The translations under genes were made by a program, and so were the position numbers. Positions 39,954 through 49,374 of a DNA stretch of 64,000 nucleotides are shown here, piece after piece; position 1 is the first letter of the stretch; every line of letters begins with the position of its first letter. Source of the stretch: Bacteroidia bacterium (GTDB lineage: Bacteria; Bacteroidota; Bacteroidia; Bacteroidales; VadinHA17). A model generated the notes under the pieces. The model searched no databases. It was not told where the DNA came from and saw nothing but the letters and a program-made list of their open reading frames with translations. Location of the stretch: the NCBI GenBank assembly GCA_026391215.1, contig JAPLDX010000059.1, forward strand, positions 1 through 64,000. Direction: 5' to 3'.

Positions 39954-40520
39954 TTATTTTGCATCAACCTCTTCATCTACCAGTATATTAAGGTAGAAAA
40001 ATGAGTATTTATCACTATATTCCTTAAACGAATAATCAAGTTTGTTGCCTGTTTTTCTCGCTATATCAACAAGACCAAGTCCGCCACCACCCTTCGCAGA
40101 GATCCTCTGATGATTAAGAATGAACTTGTAGAGTTCCTTGATCTCCTCTTGCGACGACCTGTTTATTCTCTTTATTTTTTCCTCAAGCTTTTCTATATTG
40201 TCAGAATGTACGAAATTACCGGTGATTATTTTATAACCGGTGTCCACCTTCTGCACAACAACCACGCCATACTTTTCTGAAGACTGATCTTCGAAATCAT
40301 CAGGGACTTTATCGACATGATGATATAGGTTCTGAAGGCTTTCAACGAGGACATTATAGACCTTTTTCCTGAGCTTTGACTGCTCATTAACTTCTGTCAT
40401 TTTGTCCTCAACCGTATCAAGAACATGATTAATGACGTCAGAATCAACATTACCCTTATAAAAAAGGATAATGTTACTTTTAGCCTGCTCCTTAACGTAA
40501 TTCTCTATATCAAAGCCCAT
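39954..40520 (-). CDS. siaB: SiaB family protein kinase
   Basis: LVESLQNLYHH (N-box-like), ITGN, KGGGGLGLVDIARKTGNKL; upstream of siaC. Confidence 0.9.
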   Translation of the reverse strand: MGFDIENYVKEQAKSNIILFYKGNVDSDVINHVLDTVEDKMTEVNEQSKLRKKVYNVLVESLQNLYHHVDKVPDDFEDQSSEKYGVVVVQKVDTGYKIITGNFVHSDNIEKLEEKIKRINRSSQEEIKELYKFILNHQRISAKGGGGLGLVDIARKTGNKLDYSFKEYSDKYSFFYLNILVDEEVDAK

Positions 40521-40560
40521 TTAAGCTTCTTTTTGGAAAAGGTCTCGCTTTTTCGAATAG

Positions 40561-40568
40561 CAAATATA
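40561..40568 (-). promoter_or_regulatory. -7 promoter box for siaB-siaC
   Basis: CAAATATA = TATATTTG on the minus strand. Confidence 0.55.
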
Positions 40569-40671
40569 ATAAAAATATGAAGTTACCAAATTATAACTTG
40601 TTCACTTCAATTACATAAAAATAAATGTATTTTTTGATAAACCTATGGAAATGTTGTGATAAATAGCCTGT

Positions 40672-41826
40672 TTATGGTGATTTCAATCCATTCCTGTGCT
40701 TTTTTGTTCCCGGATATATTTCAAACTCAGCCAGGATACATTCCAGGGAACCGTTAAAAAGGATATGCTTTGACTTTGGCTTTAAACCTATGTCAGCAAG
40801 ATATTCTTTGCCAGGGGTTATTATCCATGCCCTGAACCCCGGGAAAGAGTGCTTTAAGGTTGTACCGATCATTCCGTATACTTCGTCCAGATCATCAGGT
40901 TTCAGCCTTTGGCCATAAGGAGGATTCATAAACAGAAACCCTCCGGTAGCAGCCGGCCTCAAATCCTTGAAATCAGATACATCAATGGTAATTTCATCAG
41001 AAAGTCCGGCATTTTCTACATTATTAAGCGCCTGGCTGACAGCCTGTTCAGAAATATCGCTTCCGGTTATCCGCACAGGTGACTTACATATCATACCATC
41101 ATATTCTTTTCTTACCTTATTAAATAATGGTTCATCATAATCTTTCCATCTGGTAAATCCGTAAAATCTTCTGAATTTTCCAGGAGGTATCCGGCATGCT
41201 ATCATTCCGGCCTCTATTGGTATTGTTCCTGATCCGCACATCGGATCTGTAAGTGAAGCTGAAGCATTCCAGCCCGAAAGCATAAGTATACCTGCAGCAA
41301 GAACTTCATTCAGAGGGGCTGTAGCCTGCCCTGTACGGTAACCACGCTTGTACAGCGGTGCACCTGATGAATCAACAGAGATATCAGCATGATCGTTGCT
41401 GATGTGCAGATTTATTATTATCCCCGGGTCAGATGTGTTAACGGAAGGTCTTTTCCCGGTCCTCGTGCGGAAATAATCAGCAATCGCATCCTTTACAACC
41501 AGTCCCGGAAATGCTGTATGTCCGAACAATTTTGAATTGACAACAGGAACAACGGAAAAAGTGCTGTCAGCATCCATGATTGCCGACCAGTCAATTTCAG
41601 ATGCCCCTCTGAAGAGATCATCTTTTGATCCGATCCTGAATTCAGCAATTGCCATCAATACCGATAATGCTGTTCTTGAACAATAATTTACCCTGTACAT
41701 CATTTCCCTGTTGCCTGAAAACAAAACTGCACGGTTTACAGATCTTATTTCTGAAGCGCCAAGCATACCGAGTTCAGCTGCAAGCACACTTTCAAGTCCA
41801 TATAATGTCTTTGCGATAAATTTCAT
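40672..41826 (-). CDS. THUMP-domain rRNA methyltransferase (RlmL/YpsC-like)
   Basis: GLESVLAAEL, LYKRGYR, APLNEVLAAG, DPMCGSGT, NPPYG. Confidence 0.92.
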   Translation of the reverse strand: MKFIAKTLYGLESVLAAELGMLGASEIRSVNRAVLFSGNREMMYRVNYCSRTALSVLMAIAEFRIGSKDDLFRGASEIDWSAIMDADSTFSVVPVVNSKLFGHTAFPGLVVKDAIADYFRTRTGKRPSVNTSDPGIIINLHISNDHADISVDSSGAPLYKRGYRTGQATAPLNEVLAAGILMLSGWNASASLTDPMCGSGTIPIEAGMIACRIPPGKFRRFYGFTRWKDYDEPLFNKVRKEYDGMICKSPVRITGSDISEQAVSQALNNVENAGLSDEITIDVSDFKDLRPAATGGFLFMNPPYGQRLKPDDLDEVYGMIGTTLKHSFPGFRAWIITPGKEYLADIGLKPKSKHILFNGSLECILAEFEIYPGTKKHRNGLKSP

Positions 41827-41984
41827 TGTTAATTTATTAACAGATGACCCCAGTCAAAATTAATATTAAACTACATACAAATGCCAATCAGTTATTATTT
41901 CATGATGCAGCAACCTGATTGTATTTTTGCGCTTTATTATGTTCAAAGAAAAAACTACCTTGCCGGAAATTAATTTATCATGTC

Positions 41985-42410
41985 ATGAAAAAATTGTTCT
42001 TTATACCCTGTATTACTTTTATAATCCTTACTTCCCTGATGACATCCTGCAAAAAGGAGGTCCCTCTTGCCGAGGCAATAATCGGAAAATGGCAGGTAGA
42101 ATCGTATACATATGTTGTTTATGTGAGTAACGTAAAAGAGCAGGAAACCACTATTTATCTTAAGAGTAATGAAATGGCTGTGCAGTTTGCTGAAGGCAGC
42201 GCCGGAATCATTTATGAAGCGGGGGGTTTAGCAGGGAATTTTACATGGACACTGACAGATAACCACATTACATTAGTTTTTGGCAACGGAACTTTAAACT
42301 GGGATATCACAGTTGATGGGGATCAGCTTGAATGGACTTATACAGAGGTTGATGAGCAAGATGCAACCATCACATATGAATTCTTCTATAATGCTAAAAG
42401 AACCAGCTAG
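41985..42410 (+). CDS. Lipocalin-like lipoprotein
   Basis: Lipobox MTSC, IIGKW motif, beta-strand pattern; start at ATG 41985. Confidence 0.75.
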   Translation: MKKLFFIPCITFIILTSLMTSCKKEVPLAEAIIGKWQVESYTYVVYVSNVKEQETTIYLKSNEMAVQFAEGSAGIIYEAGGLAGNFTWTLTDNHITLVFGNGTLNWDITVDGDQLEWTYTEVDEQDATITYEFFYNAKRTS

Positions 42411-42456
42411 AAGCTGATTTGAGGAATCTGATATTTTACTTATTAATCCTGTTGTG

Positions 42457-44055
42457 CTACTTGTAACCAAGGATATTGTTATAAGTATCCTTATCTGATA
42501 TTATCTCAAGGGCCTTATCAATTACTTTATCCTTCTCGTTGATAATGCGGTAATATTCATTTGATTGCCAGATATTATTTGCCACCAGTGCTTTCAGCAC
42601 CATAAGCAGCTCACTTTTCGATATGCTGAATTCTGCTTCATTAAATTTGATACCAGCGTCTTCACCTTTCTTAATAAAATCCCTGACTTCCTGTTCCGTA
42701 AATTCAAACCGGTTTTTATAGTCTTCAAATGTCTTGAATTCGGAGTTTATCTTCGCCCTGCTACGGTCTGCATACTCAAGAACAAATAAGTTCAGTATCC
42801 CTTTTCTTACCATCTCCCTGTAGTAATCTGAGTTATTTGACGTATCTGCAGGAATAAAGATATCGGGCATAATTCCACCGCCTCCGTACACAGTACGTTT
42901 ATTTATCAGGGTTTTATATTTCAGGGAGTCAGGGAAATGGACACTGTCGGCCGACATCATTTCGCCTGCCGAATACCTTCTATAGAAATTCGCAACATAT
43001 TTGTCATAACCCTCATTGTATGGACTCTGAATCAAGCGGCCTGTAGGTGTATAATATCGTGCAATGGTAAGTCTGATCATTGATCCGTCAGTAAGATAAT
43101 ACCCGTTCTGAACCAATCCTTTTCCGAAAGTCCGTCTCCCCATTATCACACCCCTGTCCCAATCCTGGAGTGCTCCGGCAAATATCTCGCTGGCTGACGC
43201 TGAACCTTCATCAGTCAGAACGACTACCCTGGCTGATGTCAGTCTTCCAGTTCCTGTCGATTTATAATCCTGTCTCGGTGTTTTTCTTCCGATCAGGTAA
43301 ACCAACAGATTCTGATTTGAGAAGAAGTTATTTGCCAGTTCAGTCGATGCGATCATATATCCTCCGCCGTTACCCCTCAGATCAATTATAACATTCTTCA
43401 TGTTGTTTTTCTGAAGGATTGCCAGTGCGTCCTCAAATTCCTTCTCTGTGGTTGCAGCAAATTTATTGAGCCTTACATAACCTGTCTCTTTATCAAGCAT
43501 ATAAGCTGCGTCAAGACTGTTTATGGGTATTTTATCACGTACAATGGTAAAGTCAAGGATTCCTTTTTCACTTTTCCTGAAAATGCTCAGGGTTACAATA
43601 GTTCCTTTTGGTCCCATAAGCTTGCTCCTCACTCCATTTGTAGAGATGCCTATCCCTGCAACTTTCTCATTGTTGATCGTTATTATCCTGTCTCCTGCAC
43701 GCAATCCCACCTTTTCGGATGGACCTCCTGACATAGGTTCGATAACAATTATTGTATCATAAAGAACATTGAACTGTATCCCGATACCTTCAAAGTTACC
43801 CTGAAGCGGTTCATTCATATCTCTGACGTCCTTTGCAGAAATATAGGTTGAATGAGGATCAAGGTTTCTCAAAATGTCTATTATTACCGTTTCTGTCAGC
43901 TTGTCAAGGTTTGTGGTATCGACATAATAAGCATCGATAAGGCCAAGAGTCCTTCCAATCTTGAAAGTACCCTCATTCAATGTCTGCGATACGACAGCTT
44001 GAGATAGCAGCATCAATGCTGCCAGAGCTATTATTCCCCTTTTTATAATTTTCAT
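42457..44055 (-). CDS. S41 family C-terminal processing peptidase
   Basis: LDPHS, GIGI (PDZ), IDLRGNGGG, SASASEI, RTFGKGLVQ. Confidence 0.95.
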   Translation of the reverse strand: MKIIKRGIIALAALMLLSQAVVSQTLNEGTFKIGRTLGLIDAYYVDTTNLDKLTETVIIDILRNLDPHSTYISAKDVRDMNEPLQGNFEGIGIQFNVLYDTIIVIEPMSGGPSEKVGLRAGDRIITINNEKVAGIGISTNGVRSKLMGPKGTIVTLSIFRKSEKGILDFTIVRDKIPINSLDAAYMLDKETGYVRLNKFAATTEKEFEDALAILQKNNMKNVIIDLRGNGGGYMIASTELANNFFSNQNLLVYLIGRKTPRQDYKSTGTGRLTSARVVVLTDEGSASASEIFAGALQDWDRGVIMGRRTFGKGLVQNGYYLTDGSMIRLTIARYYTPTGRLIQSPYNEGYDKYVANFYRRYSAGEMMSADSVHFPDSLKYKTLINKRTVYGGGGIMPDIFIPADTSNNSDYYREMVRKGILNLFVLEYADRSRAKINSEFKTFEDYKNRFEFTEQEVRDFIKKGEDAGIKFNEAEFSISKSELLMVLKALVANNIWQSNEYYRIINEKDKVIDKALEIISDKDTYNNILGYK

Positions 44056-44099
44056 CTATAGTGTTTATTTTTCTCTTACAATTTATGTGCCTTTTTGGT

Positions 44100-45629
44100 T
44101 TATTCCCATTCTATTGTTGCCGGTGGTTTTGAGCTTATGTCATACACCACCCTGTTTATCCCTTTGACTTTATTTATAATTTCGCTTGAAATGGAGGCAA
44201 GAAAATCGTGAGGCAGAGGTGACCAGTCCGCTGTCATTCCGTCTGTTGAATTGACTGCCCTGAGAACAATGGTATATTCGTAAGTTCTTTCATCTCCCAT
44301 AACACCTACAGACTGAACAGGAAGGAGAATAGCTCCTGCCTGCCAGACAGAGTCATAAAGGTCATGTTTACGCAATCCTTCAATGAAAATTTCATCAGCC
44401 TCCTTAAGTATATCAAGCTTTTCCCTTGATATCTTCCCGAGCAGCCGTACTGCCAGCCCTGGTCCGGGGAAGGGATGCCTTTTCAGGATAAGATCAGGCA
44501 GCCCGAGAGCATCCCCGACCCTCCTTACCTCATCCTTGAAAAGAAGCTTCAGCGGCTCCACAACCTTCAGATGCATTTTTCCCGGCAGTCCTCCTACGTT
44601 ATGGTGTGACTTGATAGTTGCAGACGGCCCGTTAACGGATATTGATTCAATTACATCAGGGTAAATCGTTCCCTGGGCAAGCCAGCGGACATCCTTAACC
44701 TTAAGCGCTTCCTCTTCAAAAACGTCAATAAATACCTTACCTATAATCTTTCTCTTCCTTTCCGGATCGCTCACTCCTTCAAGCTCATTAAGGAACCTGT
44801 CACATGCATTGACACCTTTAACATTAAGCCCAAACCCAATGTATGACTCGAGGACCTTTTGAAATTCATTCTTCCTCAGCAGTCCGTTATCAACAAAAAT
44901 ACATGTAAGGTTCTCTCCTATTGCTTTATTGAGAAGAGACGCTGCAACTGAAGAATCGACACCTCCTGAAAGACCAAGAATCACCTTATCATTGCCCAGT
45001 AGTTTTTTCAGGTTTGCAATGGATGATTCTGCAAATGAACCAGGCGTCCAGTCAGCTGAACATCTGCATATCCCTGCAACAAAATTTTCAAGCATCTGTT
45101 TCCCTTCAATAGTATGCCATACTTCCGGATGGAACTGGATGCCCCATGTATTTTCTCCTTTTATATGAAAAGCTCCCGCTTTTACATCAGCCGTTGATCC
45201 GGTTATCTCGTAATCAACGGGCAGATTCTCAATGGTATCTCCGTGTGACATCCACACCTGCGATCCGGGAGTAATGTTTTTAAACAGAGGGTCCCGGGTA
45301 TTGATGTTTACCAGGTTTGCTCTTCCGTATTCACGACTGCCTGACCTCAATACTTTACCTCCATAACCCTGTACAAGGTACTGGGCGCCGTAGCATACAC
45401 CAAGCAATGGCAATATCCCTTTTATTTTTCTGAGATCCGGTACGGGCGCATTTTTATCATGGACTGAAGCAGGACTGCCCGAAAGAATTACACCTCTGAC
45501 ATTTTCATCAGGTTCCGGGAACCTGTTAAAAGGATAGATCTCACAATAAACGTTTAATTCTCTTATTCTTCTGGCTATGAGCTGAGTATATTGAGATCCG
45601 AAATCGAGTATTAGTATTCTCTCGTGCAC
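44100..45629 (-). CDS. guaA: GMP synthase (glutamine-hydrolysing)
   Basis: [47 protein letters not shown]; GTG start; TATATTTG box at 45659-45666 (minus strand). Confidence 0.98.
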   Translation of the reverse strand: MHERILILDFGSQYTQLIARRIRELNVYCEIYPFNRFPEPDENVRGVILSGSPASVHDKNAPVPDLRKIKGILPLLGVCYGAQYLVQGYGGKVLRSGSREYGRANLVNINTRDPLFKNITPGSQVWMSHGDTIENLPVDYEITGSTADVKAGAFHIKGENTWGIQFHPEVWHTIEGKQMLENFVAGICRCSADWTPGSFAESSIANLKKLLGNDKVILGLSGGVDSSVAASLLNKAIGENLTCIFVDNGLLRKNEFQKVLESYIGFGLNVKGVNACDRFLNELEGVSDPERKRKIIGKVFIDVFEEEALKVKDVRWLAQGTIYPDVIESISVNGPSATIKSHHNVGGLPGKMHLKVVEPLKLLFKDEVRRVGDALGLPDLILKRHPFPGPGLAVRLLGKISREKLDILKEADEIFIEGLRKHDLYDSVWQAGAILLPVQSVGVMGDERTYEYTIVLRAVNSTDGMTADWSPLPHDFLASISSEIINKVKGINRVVYDISSKPPATIEWE

Positions 45630-45678
45630 ACTCCTGGTATTTTATTCTGAAAAGAGCTCAAATATAGATATTCTTTAA

Positions 45679-46602
45679 TTACAGATTCTGATTTTTACCG
45701 ATCTCATAAGTTTGTCCGTCAATTGCAGGAAAGGTATCTGGAAATAATGTTCTGGCTTCCTCTACCAGTACATTAACATCCTTGTACCTTGCTGAAAAAT
45801 GACCTATTATCAGCGTTTTAGCCTTTGCTTCAGTTGCCGTTTTAGCAGCATCCAGGGTTGTTGAATGACCGGTGATACATGCCAGCTCCTCCAGATCTTT
45901 ATCAAATGTAGCTTCATGATAAAGGAGGTCAACCCCATTTACGAAAGCAGGGAGGCGCCTGAAATATTTTGTATCGCTGCAATAGGCATATGAGAGCGGA
46001 TCAGGACCTGCATATGTAATCTTTTCATTTTTTATCACATCGCCATCAGAGGTAATAAAGTCCTCACCTTTTTTTATTGCAGGTATCCTTACAAAAGGGA
46101 TCTTATACTTTTCAATGGATTCTTTTATGATATTCCTGTCATACTGTTTTTCCCTGAACAGGAAACCAAATGACGGGACACGGTGTTCAAGAGGGAATGA
46201 TGTTACCGTGAGGTATTTATCATCCAGTATTTTCACAGGATCGTTGCCCGAAAGAGCAGTGAAATTTATCTCAAAATTGAGATGAATATCAAAATCTGCA
46301 AGATGGGATGAGAGAATACTCTGATAATTTTGCGGGACATACAGGTTAAGTGGGCTTTGTCTTCCCATGAGGCTGAAGGTAGATAACAACCCGTAAAGAC
46401 CGAAAACATGGTCTCCGTGGAGATGGCTTATGAAAATATGATTGATTTTCCCGAATCTTAACCTGCTTTTACGGAGCTGCATCTGTGTTCCTTCCCCGCA
46501 GTCTATTAAATACAACCGCTCATGCGCATTAAGCACATGAGCGGTTGGAAATCTTTCTGAAGTTGGCAATGCAGAACTACTGCCAAGTATTGTTACTTTC
46601 AT
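45679..46602 (-). CDS. rnz: Ribonuclease Z
   Basis: DCGEGTQ, SHLHGDH, YCSDT, HEATF, GHST, GHFSARY. Confidence 0.96.
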   Translation of the reverse strand: MKVTILGSSSALPTSERFPTAHVLNAHERLYLIDCGEGTQMQLRKSRLRFGKINHIFISHLHGDHVFGLYGLLSTFSLMGRQSPLNLYVPQNYQSILSSHLADFDIHLNFEINFTALSGNDPVKILDDKYLTVTSFPLEHRVPSFGFLFREKQYDRNIIKESIEKYKIPFVRIPAIKKGEDFITSDGDVIKNEKITYAGPDPLSYAYCSDTKYFRRLPAFVNGVDLLYHEATFDKDLEELACITGHSTTLDAAKTATEAKAKTLIIGHFSARYKDVNVLVEEARTLFPDTFPAIDGQTYEIGKNQNL

Positions 46603-46626
46603 CGGCGCTCTGCAATGCTGATAACT

Positions 46627-46965
46627 TCAGGATATCATTTTTTCGGCATCCGCTACTGTTCCTGTAATTGTCAGGACAGTATCGAGTTGAGAAATAGTGA
46701 TAAGGCGTTCGACGGCTTCATTTAGTCCGCAAAGGACGAATGTTCCGCCTGCATTTTTGCACAATCTGTTCGCTACAAGGATAGCGCTCAGACCTGAAGA
46801 GTCGCAGTACTGACATTTTTCAAGGTCGAGGATGATATTTTTCTCACCCTTACCTGAAACCAGCACAAGTTCAGATTTAAGTGCGGGTGCTATATGAGTA
46901 TCAAGCTTCTCCGACTGGATCTGGATTACTGTGCTGTTGTTCCGGCTCTCGATATTGAAATCCAT
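46627..46965 (-). CDS. STAS domain anti-sigma factor antagonist
   Basis: IILDLEKCQYCDSSGLSAIL. Confidence 0.92.
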   Translation of the reverse strand: MDFNIESRNNSTVIQIQSEKLDTHIAPALKSELVLVSGKGEKNIILDLEKCQYCDSSGLSAILVANRLCKNAGGTFVLCGLNEAVERLITISQLDTVLTITGTVADAEKMIS

Positions 46966-47003
46966 AATTTTAAAATTTGATAGCCCTAATTTAGGTAATA
47001 TTT

Positions 47004-49115
47004 CTATTCTTTTGAAGCTTTATTCTGTTTTTCTTCCATTTCTTCTTTTAAAGCTGCAAGCTGAGTGATATCACCTAGAGTTGTCTTCTCAGCACCTGAC
47101 TTGGCTTTCCTTGTTGATTTCCTTGGTTTTTCAGCATCTGATTTCTTTTCCGGGATCTCTATTGATTTCTTTTCATCTTCAAAGGTCCTGCTATGCGAAA
47201 CAATGATTTTTTTTGCTGATTTGTTGAATTCAATCACCTTGAACATCAGCTTTTCATCAACTTTTACTATTAGTCCATCCTCCTTTACGAGATGTTTTGG
47301 CGTGGCAAAACCCTCAACACCGTATGGAAGGGCTATCACAGCTCCCTTGTCAAATACTTCCATAACTGTACCTTCGTGAACTGAATCAACAGTAAAGAGC
47401 TTTTCAAATACATCCCACGGATTCTCTTCAAGCTGTTTGTGACCGAGGCTCAATCGCCTGTTTTCCTTATCTATCTCAAGAACAACCACTTCAATCTCAG
47501 CATCAATAGCTGTGAATTCAGCGGGATGTTTTATTTTCTTCGTCCATGAGAGATCTGAAATATGTATAAGTCCGTCAACACCTTCCTCAATTTCTACAAA
47601 AACACCAAAGTTTGTGAAGTTCCTGACTTTTGCAGTATGCCTGGAGCCTACTGTATATTTCTCATCAATATTCTGCCATGGATCCGGCTTGAGCTGTTTG
47701 ATGCCAAGTGACATTTTCCTCTCTGTCCTGTCGAGTGTCAGGATAATAGCTTCAACCTCATCGCTCACTTTCATGAACTCCTGTGCACTCCTTAGGTGCT
47801 GTGACCATGACATCTCTGAAACATGAATAAGTCCTTCAACACCGGGAGCTATCTCCACGAATGCGCCATAATCTGCCATAACGACAACTTTACCCTTGAC
47901 CTTGTCACCGATTTTCAGGTTTGGATCTACTGAATCCCATGGATGGGCAGTCAGCTGCTTAAGTCCAAGAGCAATTCTTTTCTTGTCGTCATCAAAATCT
48001 AGAATTACGACATTAAGCTTTTGGTCAAGCTGTACTATTTCTTCGGGGTGATTGACCCTACCCCATGATAGATCTGTAATATGGATAAGTCCGTCAACGC
48101 CTCCAAGGTCAATGAACACACCATATGATGTAATATTCTTCACGGTTCCTTCAAGAACCTGTCCTTTTTCAAGTTTTGCAATGATCTCCTTTTTCTGCTG
48201 TTCAAGTTCTGCTTCAATAAGGGCTTTATGCGAAACGACCACGTTTTTAAATTCCTGGTTGATCTTTACAACCTTGAATTCCATTGTTTTACCAACAAAC
48301 ACATCATAGTCGCGGATTGGCTTGACGTCAATTTGTGAGCCGGGCAGGAATGCCTCAATCCCGAAGACATCAACGATCATACCGCCTTTTGTACGGCACT
48401 TGATGTAACCGGTTATGATTTCATCTTTTTCAAGAGATGCATTGACCCTGTCCCATGAATTTATTGCACGTGCTTTCTTGTGCGACAGGAGAAGCTGTCC
48501 TTTTTTGTCTTCCTGGCTTTCAACGTATACTTCAACAGTATCGCCTACCTTAAGGTTTGGATTATAACGGAATTCGTTAAGGCTCACAACACCTTCCGAC
48601 TTATAGCCAATGTTGATTACTACTTCGCGGGAAGTCATCTGGATTACTGTACCCTGAACCACCTCATCAACTGCGACAGTTGACAGAGTTTCATCGTACA
48701 GAGCTTCATACTCTTTGTATTTTTGAGAAGTTTTTAGCTCTTCGCTTTCAATACTGTCCCAATCGAATTCATCAGCTGATGGTTTGCTGTCTGAATCAGA
48801 TTTCAGTTCAACCTCCCGTTCAGCTTTAACTTTCTTTGGCCTTTTCTCTTTTTTTTCTTCCTCAGAAACCTCTTTAACCTCACTTATAACAGCTTCAGGT
48901 TCAGGTTCTGTTTCCTTTTCAGGTTCTGCGGCTTTCTTTGAAGCTTTTGGTTTAATATCAGCTTCCACAGTTTCAGGCAGCACTTCTTCTTCAAGTGCCT
49001 GCTCAATAAGTTTTTCTTTTGTTTCTTTAACCTTTACTTTTTTTACAGGTTTTACAGCATCCTCTTTTTTTTCAACAACCTCTTTTTTGGTCGTTTTCTT
49101 CTTGCTTTCAGTCAT
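47004..49115 (-). CDS. rpsA: 30S ribosomal protein S1 with a long Lys/Glu-rich N-terminal extension
   Basis: Six S1-type repeats (e.g. YGVFIDLGGVDGLIHITDLSW), FDWD motif, C-terminal KTTLGD. Confidence 0.97.
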   Translation of the reverse strand: MTESKKKTTKKEVVEKKEDAVKPVKKVKVKETKEKLIEQALEEEVLPETVEADIKPKASKKAAEPEKETEPEPEAVISEVKEVSEEEKKEKRPKKVKAEREVELKSDSDSKPSADEFDWDSIESEELKTSQKYKEYEALYDETLSTVAVDEVVQGTVIQMTSREVVINIGYKSEGVVSLNEFRYNPNLKVGDTVEVYVESQEDKKGQLLLSHKKARAINSWDRVNASLEKDEIITGYIKCRTKGGMIVDVFGIEAFLPGSQIDVKPIRDYDVFVGKTMEFKVVKINQEFKNVVVSHKALIEAELEQQKKEIIAKLEKGQVLEGTVKNITSYGVFIDLGGVDGLIHITDLSWGRVNHPEEIVQLDQKLNVVILDFDDDKKRIALGLKQLTAHPWDSVDPNLKIGDKVKGKVVVMADYGAFVEIAPGVEGLIHVSEMSWSQHLRSAQEFMKVSDEVEAIILTLDRTERKMSLGIKQLKPDPWQNIDEKYTVGSRHTAKVRNFTNFGVFVEIEEGVDGLIHISDLSWTKKIKHPAEFTAIDAEIEVVVLEIDKENRRLSLGHKQLEENPWDVFEKLFTVDSVHEGTVMEVFDKGAVIALPYGVEGFATPKHLVKEDGLIVKVDEKLMFKVIEFNKSAKKIIVSHSRTFEDEKKSIEIPEKKSDAEKPRKSTRKAKSGAEKTTLGDITQLAALKEEMEEKQNKASKE

Positions 49116-49176
49116 AATTTGAATTTAAAAGAACTAATAATTAATAAGTTAGACATTATATTGAAAAAATGGTGTG

Positions 49177-49184
49177 CAAAGATA
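49177..49184 (-). promoter_or_regulatory. -7 promoter box for rpsA
   Basis: CAAAGATA = TATCTTTG on the minus strand. Confidence 0.6.
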
Positions 49185-49236
49185 AAACTAAAATTTTGAA
49201 AAGTCATAATAAATGGAAGATTTTCATTGATTTAAA

Positions 49237-49299
49237 AGGCGACAGGCATCCGGCTGCAGGCATCAGGCAAAAGAACCTGAAGCCCGACGCCTGAAGCCT
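49237..49299. repeat. 7-mer tandem array followed by its inverted complement
   Basis: AGGCGAC AGGCATC CGGCTGC AGGCATC AGGCAAA - AGAA - CCTGAAG CCCGACG CCTGAAG CCT. Confidence 0.8.
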
Positions 49300-49332
49300 C
49301 CGGATAGAATTTCGGAAATTCGCAGCTTCTAT

Positions 49333-49340
49333 TATCTTTG
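49333..49340 (+). promoter_or_regulatory. -7 promoter box for ugd
   Basis: TATCTTTG upstream of ATG 49375. Confidence 0.6.
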
Positions 49341-49374
49341 CATATTACTATATTAAAACAGGAAAAGTGCTTCT

